A stretch of 64,000 nt of DNA from the human T2T-CHM13v2.0 reference genome, Homo sapiens. The stretch is taken from the NCBI RefSeq assembly GCF_009914755.1, contig NC_060942.1. One strand, 5' to 3'. The position numbers were made by a program, and so were the translations under genes. Below are positions 12,815 to 26,680 of the stretch, piece after piece (position 1 is the first letter of the stretch; each line of letters begins with the position of its first letter). The notes under the pieces were generated by a model. The model did not search any database, was not told the DNA's origin, and saw nothing but the letters and a program-made list of their open reading frames with translations.

Positions 12815-15599
12815 TAATTTGAAAGATTGGGCTTCAAGCTCTGATAACTTTTCTTCTGGTTGGTCTAGTCTATTATTAAAGCTTCAATTGTAATTTGGTA
12901 TTCCCTTCATTAATTTTTCAATTCCAGAAGTTTTATTTTTTTTTCTTTTTAAATATAGCTATCTGATCTTTCATGCTTTGAATCATTTTTCTGGTTTCTT
13001 AGTGTTGGTTTTCAACTCTCTTGGACCTCATTGAACTTCCTTGCAATCCTTATTTTGCATTCTTAACCTGTCACTTCAGACATCATTTTGGTTACGATTC
13101 ATTTTTAGTGCTAGTGCAGTCCTTTGGAGGTGTCAAGACACTCTGTTTATCTGTACTGCTGGAATTCTTTCACTTATTCCCTTTTATTTGAGAGACCCAT
13201 CACTTTTTTTTTTAATGTACTGTAATTTGGACGAAACATTTTAATTTTTTATTCTTTTTTTCCCTTGAGGGCATGACTGTGGTGTATGCTGTATATAATC
13301 ATTTGACTTCACTTCAGGGTACTGCCTGGGAGCCAAGGCTCTCTATGGGTTCCTTGGTTGTTGCTAACTTCTGTGTACTGGCTTTCTCAGGTGCTGCCTG
13401 TTATAGTGATATATTAGATGTATGAGCTGACACATTATTTCCTTCAGGGCTGATGGTGTGGAGGTCTCAGGAAGCTTATCTTGTACACGAGCACTATGCG
13501 CTTTTGGCATCCAGTTTATATTTAGTGGTGCAGTCCTGGATCAAGTCTAGTAAGTGGCACTTAAGGGTAAGAGCTAGCTTGCTCTGAGGTAGGCTGATGA
13601 TGAATGACAGCACCGGCCCTGATGAGGGTATAGTGGTGGAGTGATCATGTGTGGGTGCACTAAGGTTTCAGAGAAAGAAGCAGAGGTTAGGGTTATACCA
13701 GCTCCTCATCCTGAGTAGCAGTAGTAGGAATATCATCTTCTTTCTTCTCATGCCCCTGTCACAGGGCTCATTGATTTTTTGTTCATTGACTTTGTCCTTT
13801 TGCTCTAGGCTTCAGTGTGGCTCTGGACCATGGATATCCCTACCTATCTGGTAGCTACTACCTAAATGGGCTCAGGACAGACCCTCCTCCCTGAGTCCAG
13901 AGCGGACAATTCTGTTGCAGATGTCTAGTCTGCTCTCCTATGCTGGGACACTGCCTCTCTGTTAGGGAGGAGGAGTGGGGCCCTGCCCTTTATGTAAGCC
14001 CAAGCAGCACAGGCTCACTTTCAGTGAGGGTAGGACTGTCATGAAAAGCACAAGAAACACTTCATCTAAGTGCATGCATGTTGACCTCCAGCTAGAAGAG
14101 CCTCTGCCATCCAAAAAAGTGGACAGCGGGGAGGAGATGACCTCTTCTCCAAATCGGTTTTGGGTCACCAGTGCTGCTTCCTTCAGGAATTATTCCAAAG
14201 TGGGATCTGGTGGGTTGCGCTCTTTCCTCCCATAGGGGTAATCCACACTGAGGATTAGCTCTCCAGGGGTCCTGCAGCTCCCCAGGGATCCACTGGTCCC
14301 TTTCACTTGTCAAAGTCAGAGTGGGTTGTGGGGTATGGTAAAGTGGTGTCTGTTGGTATAATGACTCAAGGCCTGAGATCCCCCAGGCAGGGCAGTGGCT
14401 CATAATGGGATGGGTGTACAACCAGTATGGTACCTTCCATCTCAGTTCTGGCCTGACAGGAGTATAGGCATGCCTGCATGAGCTGGCCACCGTTTTTCTG
14501 TTGCCAGAAAGTTTTTGAATCACCACAAAGAGTATTGTCTAGGGTCACTAGGGTAGAGGGGCTCCCCAACAGTTTGACAGTCAGCAAATTATTGCAGGGG
14601 TGAGGGTAGCGGAGAAGCATTCCCACCTACCCTTTCCATGGGGCTCCGAGTTCCTCAAGGGTCTATCTCTTCAAGACTCTTGCTGCTTTCCTTTTCTGCA
14701 TCCCATCTTCTTCCTGTGGATTCTCCGACAGGTCCTGGCTCTCTTCTATCAGTTTTTATTTGGAATATGTCCATTCACCAGTAACTTTGATCTTCTTTCT
14801 GAGGAGACTGGCATCCCATGTTCCTAGTCAGCCATCTTGTAAAAAAAATAACTGATTTAAATTGAGGTTTGTAGACTTCTTGTCTTTCTTTTAGGATGCA
14901 AAGGCCTGGAAGTAGTATTTATTATCTGAGACTCCTAATTGCCAGAATTTTACAAATGTTTTTGCTTCTGAATGCTGATTATCAGATTAACTTTTATGGT
15001 TTGATGAAGTAAATTTACCTTATGAATTAGTAAATGAACATGCTGAGGTTTTATTACTGTTGTGGTGATGAGTAATTAGATTGTTTATTTATTTGTTTTG
15101 TTTTATTTTTCTGAACAGCAACCTGTGACTGCAGTTTCTAATTACTTTAATTCATGAGACTGTATTCATGTTATTCCTGAGTGCTGCTGCTAGCACGTAT
15201 CTGTCAGAAACATACAATGATTTTCTCTAGAAGAAAAGGACATATTTCTAGATCCCAAGTTATTTTTCTAAATAATTTTGTAAATAAAATTTCTGATACA
15301 TAATCAAGAATAATCAGATACACTAGGAGAAAATATTAACATTTGCAAATTGTTAACAGATAATATACCCTCTAAAATAAGAAGCAAAAATTATAGACCT
15401 AGAATTAGTAATAATTCTATGCAGTTACTAATAGACAAATTATTAAAATACAGAAGTTTTGAAGAATACAATTAGTATGCTGAAGATTTGTAACACTATA
15501 TTCAACAACTATAGAACAAATTCTCTTTTCAGGGACATTAACCACGTCTTCAAACATTCAAAAAATTTAAATCTAAATAAATATTCAAATGTTTTTTCT

Positions 15600-16390
15600 G
15601 TGTCTGTGTTAGTATGTGAAATTTATGTTATATACAGTTCTAAAATGTATATGAAAATACAGAGGAGAAAGAATTATGGAGATACTCTTAAAGAAGAATA
15701 ACAAAGTGAGAAAACATGCTCTACCAAATATCAATAATTATTATAAGATTACATTAAGAGTATGCAGTATTGGCAATAATATGAGATGAAGAAAGAGCAA
15801 TAGGGTAGACAGGTTGACAGACTTAGTAACACCTAAGTCAGGAAAAAGATGATACTTTAAAACCATGGGAAAGTATAATATTTCCATTAATTGGTGCTAG
15901 AATAATTAGGAGATATCCACATGAAAAAATTGTCATGTCATTTACTTTTCCCCATACTTAAAAATCAATTAAGATTGATTATTATATTTTAATGAGAAAT
16001 AAAAAAATAAATCTCTTGGAAGATAATATTGGAGAAAAATCTCCAAGATTTTGGTACAGGGAAAGACTTTTTAAATAAGACAAAAAAGAAAGATTGATAT
16101 ATTGGACTAAATCAAGAGATAATTTTTATGTGTGTATCAGAAGACATCATTAAGGGAACAAAAAGGCAAATCACAAAATGGAAAAAGGATTATTTGAAAT
16201 GCTCTAGCCACAAAGGGCTCATATCTGAATATATAATATACTTCTACACATCAATAAGGAAAAATCAACCAAAAGAAAAGTAGGCAAGATAATTAAACAT
16301 GCATTTCACATAAACTATAACAAAATGGCCAAAGATGCTCAATTACATTAGTAATCAGAGTTATTCAAACTACAACCACAATGAGGAAAT
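15600..16390 (+). mobile_element. Highly diverged LINE-1 ORF2 fragment (L1ME/L1M5-like)
   Basis: A-rich; ctctaccaaatatcaataattattataag, aaatggccaaagatgctcaattacattagtaatcagag...accacaatgag are ORF2-like. Confidence 0.65.
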
Positions 16391-17371
16391 TCACTGATGA
16401 ATATTTTATTTAGCGTACTTTTCTGTAAATGTTCTATTCCTGAATATAAAAAGTTTTCATTTAAAATATGTGAAAGGGAATGTAGGGAATTACATATAAT
16501 TGCCTAGAGCTAGAACTCTTTCAACATGAGGGTGGGGACGACAGAGAAAGTCAGTGTGAAATATGAGGACACAGTAATGACTACTTCGAAAAATGGCTGT
16601 TCTAGAATTACGGTCTCTTGGTTCTACTATGGCTGCAAAATCTTATTAATTTATATTATTGTTAAGTAATAGTACTTACCAGCTGTATAGCAATGAGCAC
16701 ATCATGTGACTCTTTGTTTCTTTGTTTTAAATTTGAGCCCAATATAGATACCTTTGCTGTGGTTGTGAAGGTTTTAAAAATAATGTTAAGCAACCTTATT
16801 TGTAGTAAATGTCAGATAAATGTCTGAACAGAAACTTAGGAAGAGAGAACACTGCTTCAAACATCTATTTCCAATTTCATTTTGCATTTGCTTCAGAAAT
16901 TTTATATTGTTTGAGAAAGAGAGTAAAGAAGAGAAAGGATATAAAAAGAATAGATTCAATTCTTTCCTGGCTTAAGTATTACTAGTCTAAATTATTGGCT
17001 TTATAATCAGATTATTTTTAATCATTTCAATAAGTGGTAAAATAATTTTGCTAAATTGTCACTGTAAGTATGCTCATAGAGAGTATATTAATTGGAAATT
17101 ACCAATTATTAAGCTAATTTCTGTCCACTTTATATTTTAACTTTTAAACTTTTACACGAAAATAAGTCAAACTCTTAAAGAATGAGAAAATTATTTTGTG
17201 TAAAAGAACTGAACCCAAATCCATTTTATTAATGGACATATATAGCATTAGTCAGCTCTTAACTCCTTCACATCCTCTCTCTCACATCTTTATTCTCTCT
17301 CATTATATTTTTTCATTTCATAAAAATACTGAAAACTATTCCTTAGCTGTTTATATCCAACCAGGATATAA

Positions 17372-17929
<558 letters not shown>

Positions 17930-19009
17930 TAACCTCATTTGGTACTGCTGAGATGGAACAAAGCTTTGGAGAAAAAGAGTCTCAAGGGGTCTTCATTTGT
18001 GTTGGAAATAAATGTGGCCTTAGTGCGGCCTTCCTGCGGCTGTATTCTCTCAGCCAGTTAACTTAACTCACCCTCTGTGCACACTATGAGCACCTGGTCC
18101 CCCAATTAATACCTATACCTGTGGTGGCCAAACTTCCATCTCACTCAATTTCTGCTTTTCACCCCCTCCACATGCCAGAGGAACTCTCAGACTGGAGATT
18201 CAACATGGCAGCTGCCCCCCAGGAATCTGAATTACTAAGACAAAAGTTGCATTTTGCAAAATGTATTCATTTTCCTCTTCTTGGGGTTAAAGGGCATCCT
18301 GTATGACCTTGAAAAAAAATATTTACCAGTGTGACACTGGGTAGAAGAATTTCATTTTCTTCTCAAATAACGAGAGTCTGAGCAGGGACAGAATAAGAAA
18401 TGCAGGCTGTGAATTTTGAGGAAGCTAACTTGAGTAGGACACGGGTGAGGGAGGGAGGGTGAATTATTTCCTTCACCCTGCAGGACCAGGACTCAGTCCC
18501 AGAGAACTCCTATTTGAGAACTGTTCAATGTCGATAGTGTCTGTTTTCATATTGAGAATTAAATGTTATTAAAGCCAGATTATCTTTACCACTTCAGATC
18601 ACAGACTATCCAGGTTTCTTTTCATACTCAGATGAGCTCAATGGTTCCTTTTGTCAAGATGACATAGTACTAAGTAAAATTACCATGATCATGTGTAGAG
18701 ACACATGAACAGTGGGGCTATTTTTTAGTCTTCTTAGAGTGAATTAATAATAATGGCTAGCTGCGGTCCATGGACATTGGAGATCTGCTGAAGTCATCAT
18801 CTCTAATTAAGGCACATAGCCTAAGAAATTACTTTTAAATTGTCAGAGTTTTCAAAATTTGATCTGTCACACCAAATTTGTGCTTATTTGCACCAAAATC
18901 ACGACTTTATTATAAAAACTTCAATTCCTTAGAATTTTTGCATTTCTTGTCATTTTTTTTCTAGTTGAGACAAAAGAGATTGCAAGAACCAATAAAAATA
19001 TCTGAATCA

Positions 19010-19310
<301 letters not shown>

Positions 19311-19374
19311 CTTGAATCACGTTATCATAAACAGATATTTGTTTCTGGAAGAAAATATCTGTATCTGTAGCCAG

Positions 19375-19545
19375 GCTCTCTGGGTTCTCTTAATTACTAT
19401 GTGTGAGTTTGGGAAAATTTCCTTAAACCCTATTCTTCAGTTCGTTCAGCTGTAATATGGGTTTGTAAATTGTATCTGTCATGGAGAATTTGTGAAGATT
19501 AATGTAAATCACCCAGAAGAGGGGCTGACACATATAGACATCAGT
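19375..19545 (+). mobile_element. MIR fragment
   Basis: actatgtgtgagtttgggaaaatttccttaaacc...tcagttcgttcagctgtaatatggg. Confidence 0.6.
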
Positions 19546-21020
19546 AGTTACTATAATAACAATTATTATTATTACTACCATTGTACAGTTGTTACTTCTA
19601 TTAGATGCTTTATTTATCCAGATCTCCATCCTTCATGCCGTACCTTTCCCAGTTTACTCTCTTCTCCAATATTCTTCAAGTGAATCCACAGAATTAGATT
19701 ATTGAGGCATAATTATTTTGAAATGCTCAGTTGGGCCAAATATGAAGTATAATTTAAGTCAACATAGTATCAAGGTAAGATGGTTAATTAATAGATTAAT
19801 CTTAGGCAAAAAATTATTTTTATTATAGACTACTTTGCAACTATTATAGAACATATTTCCAAAGAATATTTTGCAAATAGAAAAATGACTGGAAATGCAG
19901 CAATACCTTGCTAGCCATTGTCTTGGTTGGCAGAATTTTTGTTCTTTTTAATTTATCCCACTATATTTTCTTGCACTTTATATTTTCTATTAGAAATATA
20001 CATTGCATTTTATATTTTAGGAAAACAGGAAAAACAGTTCTATAAAAGAAAATAAACGTATTAAACAGCATGGAATTTATAACATAATCCAATTTAATTT
20101 TTGGAATAAATAATACATTTCCAAGTAGACAAATTCCAGAAAAATATTCAGAAACATTCTTAACTGGGGAATATCACTGAAACAAATCATGCCAGGCAGA
20201 ACTGACACCCAGTTGTAAAATGAGGTAAATTAAAATGTTCTTTTTATTTTATTACTGTAAATATTCATTAAGCCTAAGTTTGAGAAAGAAAGTAAAAGGA
20301 AGTTTTTACTCTTCAATAACATTTTCAGTTTGTCATTGGATATAAGGTCACCATGTTCCATGGCCAGTTTCTGGAAAATGTATACAAAAATTTGTACTCA
20401 ATATTTGACTTTGTGATAATCATAGGTAAAATAATGTTTTCTTGTAAATAATCCTTATATCAGACCTGTCTCTGTCAACTGCCCAGTCTCCCAACCCATA
20501 TTTTATTTTCTTGCTCCCTGTTGTGTTTTCCCTGCTTCATAAAGAATTTAAGGAAACATTGGTATATTGATCCTTTAGTGTATTGATAACTAAAATATGT
20601 ATTATGCAGGGTCTCATATCCTAGCTATCACACTCAGATGTTGAAGGACACAATGTTGCAAAAATTCATTTCCTTTACTCAAAATTTTAATATCAAAGAT
20701 TGATAAATACGAATATATCAGTTATTGTAATGCAGCATAAGGTGGTACTATGGGATAAAAACACAGAATGTTATTCCAATATTTATAGTAGTATTTAGAA
20801 GCAATAGTAAGCACTTGAGATTGAAACTGAATCTAGACAAATTCTTTTGATATAGATTAATTTAACTTCATTTTTCACTTTAATTTGCCAAAAAGCTTAG
20901 AGACATAATTTATGAATCATTCAATAATTTCTCAAATAATTTGTTTTGTATAAATATTTTTTGGAAGTGATTTTTCTTTTCTGAAAGGAAAGATAATGGA
21001 AAATATATTTGCACAAGGTA

Positions 21021-22259
21021 AAGTCATGTGCCACATAACATTTTGGTCAGATACAGACCACACGTACAAGAGTGGTCCCATTAGACTATAGCGGAGCTGA
21101 AAAATTCCTATGATCTAATGTTGTTGTAGCGAGGTAAGGTCTGAGCTCAATTCATTACTAAAGTGTTTGTGGTAATGCTGGTATAAACAAATCTGCAGCA
21201 CTGCCAGTTGTATAAAAGTCTACCACACATAATTATGTGCAGTACATAATACTTGATAGTGATTAAGTATTATCGTTATAACTTTCAATGGCAAAAACCG
21301 CAATTACTTTTGCACCCACCTAATAAAAAGTAACTATATTACTAGGTTATGTATTTATCATACCACAGTTTTTATCATTATTTTAGCGTGTACGCCTTCT
21401 ACTTCTTAAAAAAAGTTAACTGTAAAACAGCCTGATGCATATCCTTCAGGAGTTATTCCAGAAGAAGGCGTTATTATTGTAGTAGAAGGTAGCTTCATGC
21501 CTGTTTACTGCTCCTGAAGACTTTCTAGTGGAACAAGATGTGGAGGTGGAGGACAGTAATATTTTGTATTTTGACCTTGTAAAAGCCTAGGCTAATATGT
21601 GTTTTTGTGTCTTAGTTCATAATAAAAACATTATAAAGTAAAACAAAATAAAAATATTTAAAAATATAAAAAGTACATGTAAAATTTGTATATAAAGAAA
21701 ATATTTTTGTACAACTGTACAATGTGCTTTAAAGCTAAATGTTATTACAAGAGTCAAAAGTCAAAAAATAAGTTTATAAAGTAAAGATATTAGAGTAAGC
21801 TAACGTTAATGTTATTTAATAAGTTTTTAACTAGATTAAGTGTGTAAGTGTACAGTTTTGGCAAAGTCTACAGTAGTGCCCAGTAATGTTCTCGACCTTC
21901 AGATTGACTCACCACTCACTTAGTGACTCACATAGAGCAACTTCCAGTCCTGCAAGCTCCACTCGCGGTACGTGCCCTAAACAGGTGTACCACTGTTTAT
22001 CTTTGATGCTGTATTTCTACTGTACCTTTTCTATGTTTAGACATGTTTCCACAAATATTTACCGTTGTATTAAAATTGCTTATTCAGTATAGTAACATGC
22101 CGTACATGTTTGTTGCCTAGGAGCAATAGCCTTGACGTATAGTAGGCTACACCATCTTGGTTTACGTAAGTATACCCTATGATGTTTGCACAACGATAAA
22201 ATTGCCTGATGACACATTTCTTTCAGGACATATCCCTGTCGTTAGGTAACATGTGGCTG
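21021..22259 (+). mobile_element. Tigger3b (MER7-type) TcMar-Tigger DNA transposon, near full length
   Basis: termini (c)agtcatgtgccacataac... and ...gtcgttaggtaacatgtggctg; TA flanks at 21019-20 and 22260-61; internal gagctgaaaaattccta and cagcctgatgcatatccttcaggagttattccagaagaaggc. Confidence 0.88.
21281..21323. mobile_element. Half of a MADE1 (Hsmar1-derived MITE): a single TIR, nested in Tigger3b
   Basis: actttcaatggcaaaaaccgcaattacttttgcacccacctaa followed by TA matches the MADE1 spacer plus one arm. Confidence 0.88.
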
Positions 22260-23689
22260 TATTTGAATATTTCACAGGTATTTCTTAGTTTCCACAAGGC
22301 AATTGCTCTTAATTTACATATTTCAATGTATCTCCTACCACTTACATGCTCAAATCCTTGCTCAGCGCTGTGAGGGAAAAAAAAAAAGTAGAAAAGCATT
22401 TACAATTTAAATTGGGCTAGAACATTACATGGAAGTAATTCTGAAATTGAAGACATACTGTGCTGCTTAATAGGATATCTTTGAGTGTCACAATATCAGA
22501 GATAGTGAAACAGAGTTGCAGAGAGTACTGGGGAAAGTTGAGATGAGCTTTGGTAAATTAATAGTATTTCTGTATGTGGAAAAAGTAAACGTGTCATGTC
22601 TCGATCTCTATATGCATTTCTTTGCCAAATGCCATTTTGTTTGTCTACATAGTTTTGATTTCTAAAACATTTTGCTGGCACACAGGAAAAGTTAGTTATT
22701 TGTTCTGTAATTATACGCCATCATCGTTCCTTCAAATATTTTACAGAAATCTGTGTATAACAGGGCTGAATTAGGAGGTAGACTAGACTCAGAAGAGAGT
22801 CTGAATTTCCAGTTTCGTGTTTCTCTTTGTATATAGTTGCAGACAAACCCTCATTACCAGGAAGGAGAGATGTATATTGTCATGGCATGATGCTGTCTTG
22901 ATAAAATTTTGTAACCTGCAGTCCTCATATTTTGCTTCTCCCTTTCCTCTTTCTTTACTTATTGGGAGCATTTCATCTAAATCATTGTTTGTTGGACAGT
23001 CCTTTGTGAATCATAATCTACTCTGATACCACTATCAGTGAAAATGGTGCTGTCAACATTTATGTCAACGCTGAGGTTGTAATTTTTGACAGTAATGTTC
23101 CTGGGCTTGATCTAAAACTCTCTGTTCACGTTGACAGAGCTGCCTGTCAGAGTCCCTTCTCACTGACACTTTTAAGTGACTAAGGACTTGGTAGGACTCA
23201 CTCTAGTAAAAAAAAAAATCTCATTCCAAGTTCTCCCATTAGGTCCATGGCTCATCTGAAAGAACTGCCCATGTTACCAAGAGATAAATGAATATAGAAG
23301 AGCAGAGACTTGGGTCAGCAGTAGGTTGCTGTATAATGTTCATAAATATCTGTGAAAATAAAATACACCAGTGGAGAATTTTTCCTGAAGGCTGGATGTT
23401 GTCAAGATCCAATACATAAATCTCAAACTCCATTAAAGAACATTGGTCTATCATAGCTGACTTCTTGTTTCAAATCACAAAATTATGCTCTAAAATTTTA
23501 GGATTTGTATGATTAAAGTGCTTCATTCTGGGCATTTTTCTGCCATATCATACTCATCACTATGCCCTAAATGTGTTGTGTTCCTTCCTCATCCATTTTT
23601 TTGGCCAAATATTTCATCTTCTCAGAAATTACTTCCATTTTTCTGTAACTATCAGATTAGCAAAATTTAAAGAAGTTTAAGATTACACA

Positions 23690-24030
23690 AAGCTAGAGAA
23701 TATTGGCAAAACTGATGTAGTCATATATTGCTTATGACACTGTAAATAGGTATCAGCCTTTTAAAAAGCAATTCGGGGTTATATAGCAAAATCTTGAATA
23801 AAAAAATGGTGTGTCTGTGTATGTGTGGGTATGTGTAACCTTTCTAGTAATTTCACACTTGGGAATACATTGTAAGAAGATAATTCAAAATAAGATGAAA
23901 GCTATATGCACAAAAGCATTTATTGCAACATTATTTATAATAGTTAAAATTGGTTATAAATAATGTCTAATAAAAATGGCTAAGCACATAATACTACCTC
24001 AAATTGATTAAATTATATGAAACATTAAAA
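23690..24030 (+). mobile_element. Diverged L1ME-type 3' fragment
   Basis: tcatatattgcttatgacactgtaaataggtatcagccttt...atgcacaaaagcatttattgcaacattatttataatag. Confidence 0.55.
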
Positions 24031-24214
24031 TATATAAAATTCTCTCTATTATTTTCTACCTCTGTGACCACACCTCCTCAATCTCCTTTCTGAACTGCTC
24101 TTTCCTGTACAGCCCAAATATAAACATCCCTCTATGCGTTTATGCACTATTCTGGGTTATGCAGTACCATCAAGAATTCATCCATCATAGCACACTTCCC
24201 ACTATATTATGCAT

Positions 24215-24322
24215 ATGAATTCACTGTTTTGTTCACTAGACCATAAACCCTTTGTGGATAAGAATTGTATCTTTTATTACTGTATCCTTGGAGCTTACAA
24301 TGTAGGCTATCAATAAGTATAA
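24215..24322 (+). mobile_element. L2 3' end fragment
   Basis: cactagaccataaaccctttgtgg...ctgtatcctt...gtaggctatcaataagtat. Confidence 0.55.
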
Positions 24323-25194
24323 ACTGTGTGGCTTCAAAGTTTTTAAAAAAGTGCCAATAATTTCTTGGTAAGTAACAAAAGCAAACTGTAAAGAGTGTTT
24401 ACAATACAGTAAAATATTTAAATATATTGATTATTAGAACAGGGGTTAAGGTGTACAAAGAGGAAGGAAATGATGTCAACATTACATTGATGTGATTACA
24501 GTTATTTTAAATTTTATCATTTTCTTCACTGTTTTGTAAATAAGAATTATAAATTATATGCTCAAAACATAATTGTGCATAATAAGTCTATAAGTCAGAT
24601 TTTCTCAAATGAGAATATTATAGCTTAACTTATGTAACTTCTATTTTCTGTAAGTCTATGATGTCTAAGGGTTGGGTCCTTGAGATAAGTTAGTAAATCC
24701 ATCTGAAACCCAGGCTCCTCATCTGCAAAATGGGGATAATAATACCAATCCCAAATATCATTAATGCAGCAAAACAAATCATCTAGTAAACATGTATCTA
24801 AATAGGCTGAGACAGCCTTTTTGTGTTTATTAGTTTAGAACTGTTCCTGGAAGAAAGAAACACTGCAGAAAAATTTAGTTCAAAGACCCTAAGAGGATAC
24901 CTAAAGTAAGAAATTCTGTGTATTACATTCTTGACACAAGAAAAACATAAGATCTGATCTGCTTCTAATCCCCAAGTAGTTACCATTTTCACCCACAAAA
25001 CAGAGAGAGTACCACTGCACACCAATCCTTCCTTCTTAAAGACTGATGTAATAACATGTTTAAACTAGCTTTCAGAGGCTGTACTTGAGCTTGCACTTAC
25101 CTGTCTCTAGTTCTAAAGACTGCAATCAAGTCACTTAGGCTCCACTGATGCACTCCCACAATCTTAATAGAGCTCAAAGTGGTCACCTTGTACT

Positions 25195-25960
25195 AAAAAA
25201 AATTACACCTTGTAAAATCCAACCTTTTTAGTATATATTCCTGAGTTTTCACAAATACATCGTCATGAAAACACCATTCAAATTATGATATTGAACACTT
25301 CCATCACCCCAAAGATTTCCTCATGCTGTGTGTTTGTAGTCAACCTCTCTAACCTGCTCCCTGGTAACTTCTGGTCTGTTTATGTTCTCATAATTTTGAT
25401 TTTTTCAGAATGTCATAAAATTGGTGTCATATGCAGTATTTAACCTATGAAGTCTGGCTTCTTAACCTTAGGATACTGCATTTAAGATTCACACATCATT
25501 CTGGATGTAGCATTAGTTTGTCCCTTTGCGATGATGAGTAGTATTCTATTGTAGGGAATTAACTATAGTTAACTAATTAATTTATTTATTAGTTGAAGGA
25601 CATTTGTGTTGTCTTCATCCTTGGTAATTATGAATAAAGCTTCCATAAACATTTACGATTGGGTTTTTGTGTGAACATATGTTGTTCTTTCTCTTTTGTA
25701 AATACTTAGGGGTAAAATTGTCTGATCACATAAATATAACTTAACTTTTTAAGAAATATTCTGACAGACTGTATGATTTTACATTCATGTCAGCAGTGTT
25801 CCTGTTCCTCCATATTCTGTACAATATTTGGCATTTTTTTTACTTTTACTAATCTAATGTGTGTGTAGTGATATCTTACTGTGGTTTTAGTTTGATTTCC
25901 CTAGTGGCTGATAATGTAGGTACTCATTTCTTGTATATTTGCTGTCAATATGTCTTCTCT
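25195..25960 (-). mobile_element. Old LINE-1 3' end (L1MB/L1MC-like)
   Basis: gaacacttccatcaccccaaag..., gtagtattctattgt, gggtttttgtgtgaacatatg, gtgtagtgatatcttactgtggtttt. Confidence 0.8.
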
Positions 25961-26417
25961 TAAGGGCTTCTGATTAGTCTTCACATTTTGCTTTGTGGTG
26001 CTCGTGTTATGCATGATGAAATACCCGCCATTTTCTCAACACCCACTTCACCATGAGATTCTATGAAATGCCTCAACATTTGGATTCATTAAAACCTTTT
26101 ATTGAGGATTGACTTAAGAAATGCCCCATCAGTAAATAAAAAGCAATGGCAAAAGACTAGGTGAGCCTCACCAAACCAGTTTCCCCACTACCTAATTTCT
26201 GTGACGATCTCAAATTTGATGAAGTGCCAGTTTTTGCAACAGAAGTCTCTATTAGTTTATCACATGAGATTGTACAATATTTTAATGCAATTCACTCTAA
26301 AACCAAAATATAAAAACTAGAATTCACATACCAGAAAATGTGTTAGAAGTTATTTAACTCCTCCTCTCCTGCTAGGGCTCCATTCACTGTTCAGATAAGT
26401 TGCTAATATTCTACGCT

Positions 26418-26680
26418 TAAATATTTATTAAAGGTTTACTATGTATAAGACACTGTGTTAGTTGCTCAATAAATATTTGTTGAGCTGAACTGAAGATAAA
26501 TACACAGCACTATATATTCTAAATAAAATCTATAACTTACATTAAATCATTCAAATGTGTCATGTCTAAAAGTCACACTGGGACTTTTACTGAGCACTAA
26601 TGGCATGCTAGATATAGTAGATGATAGAAAAGATGGAAAACATAACCTCAGCTCTCAAGAGTTTGTAATTTTGATTGGAA
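26418..26680. mobile_element. L2 fragments in both orientations
   Basis: atatttattaaaggtttactatgtataagacactgtg (minus tail), gctcaataaatatttgttgagctgaa (plus tail), tttactgagcac...gctctcaagagttt. Confidence 0.55.

Noticed and set aside
13651-14827. Cluster of overlapping ORFs in GC-richer DNA
   Set aside because: They lie in the old L1 5' UTR, where higher GC lowers stop-codon frequency
18066-18245. Another possible minus-strand exon (donor AGG|GTGAGT at 18072, acceptor at 18234)
   Set aside because: Only splice-like motifs with no independent support; such pairs are frequent by chance
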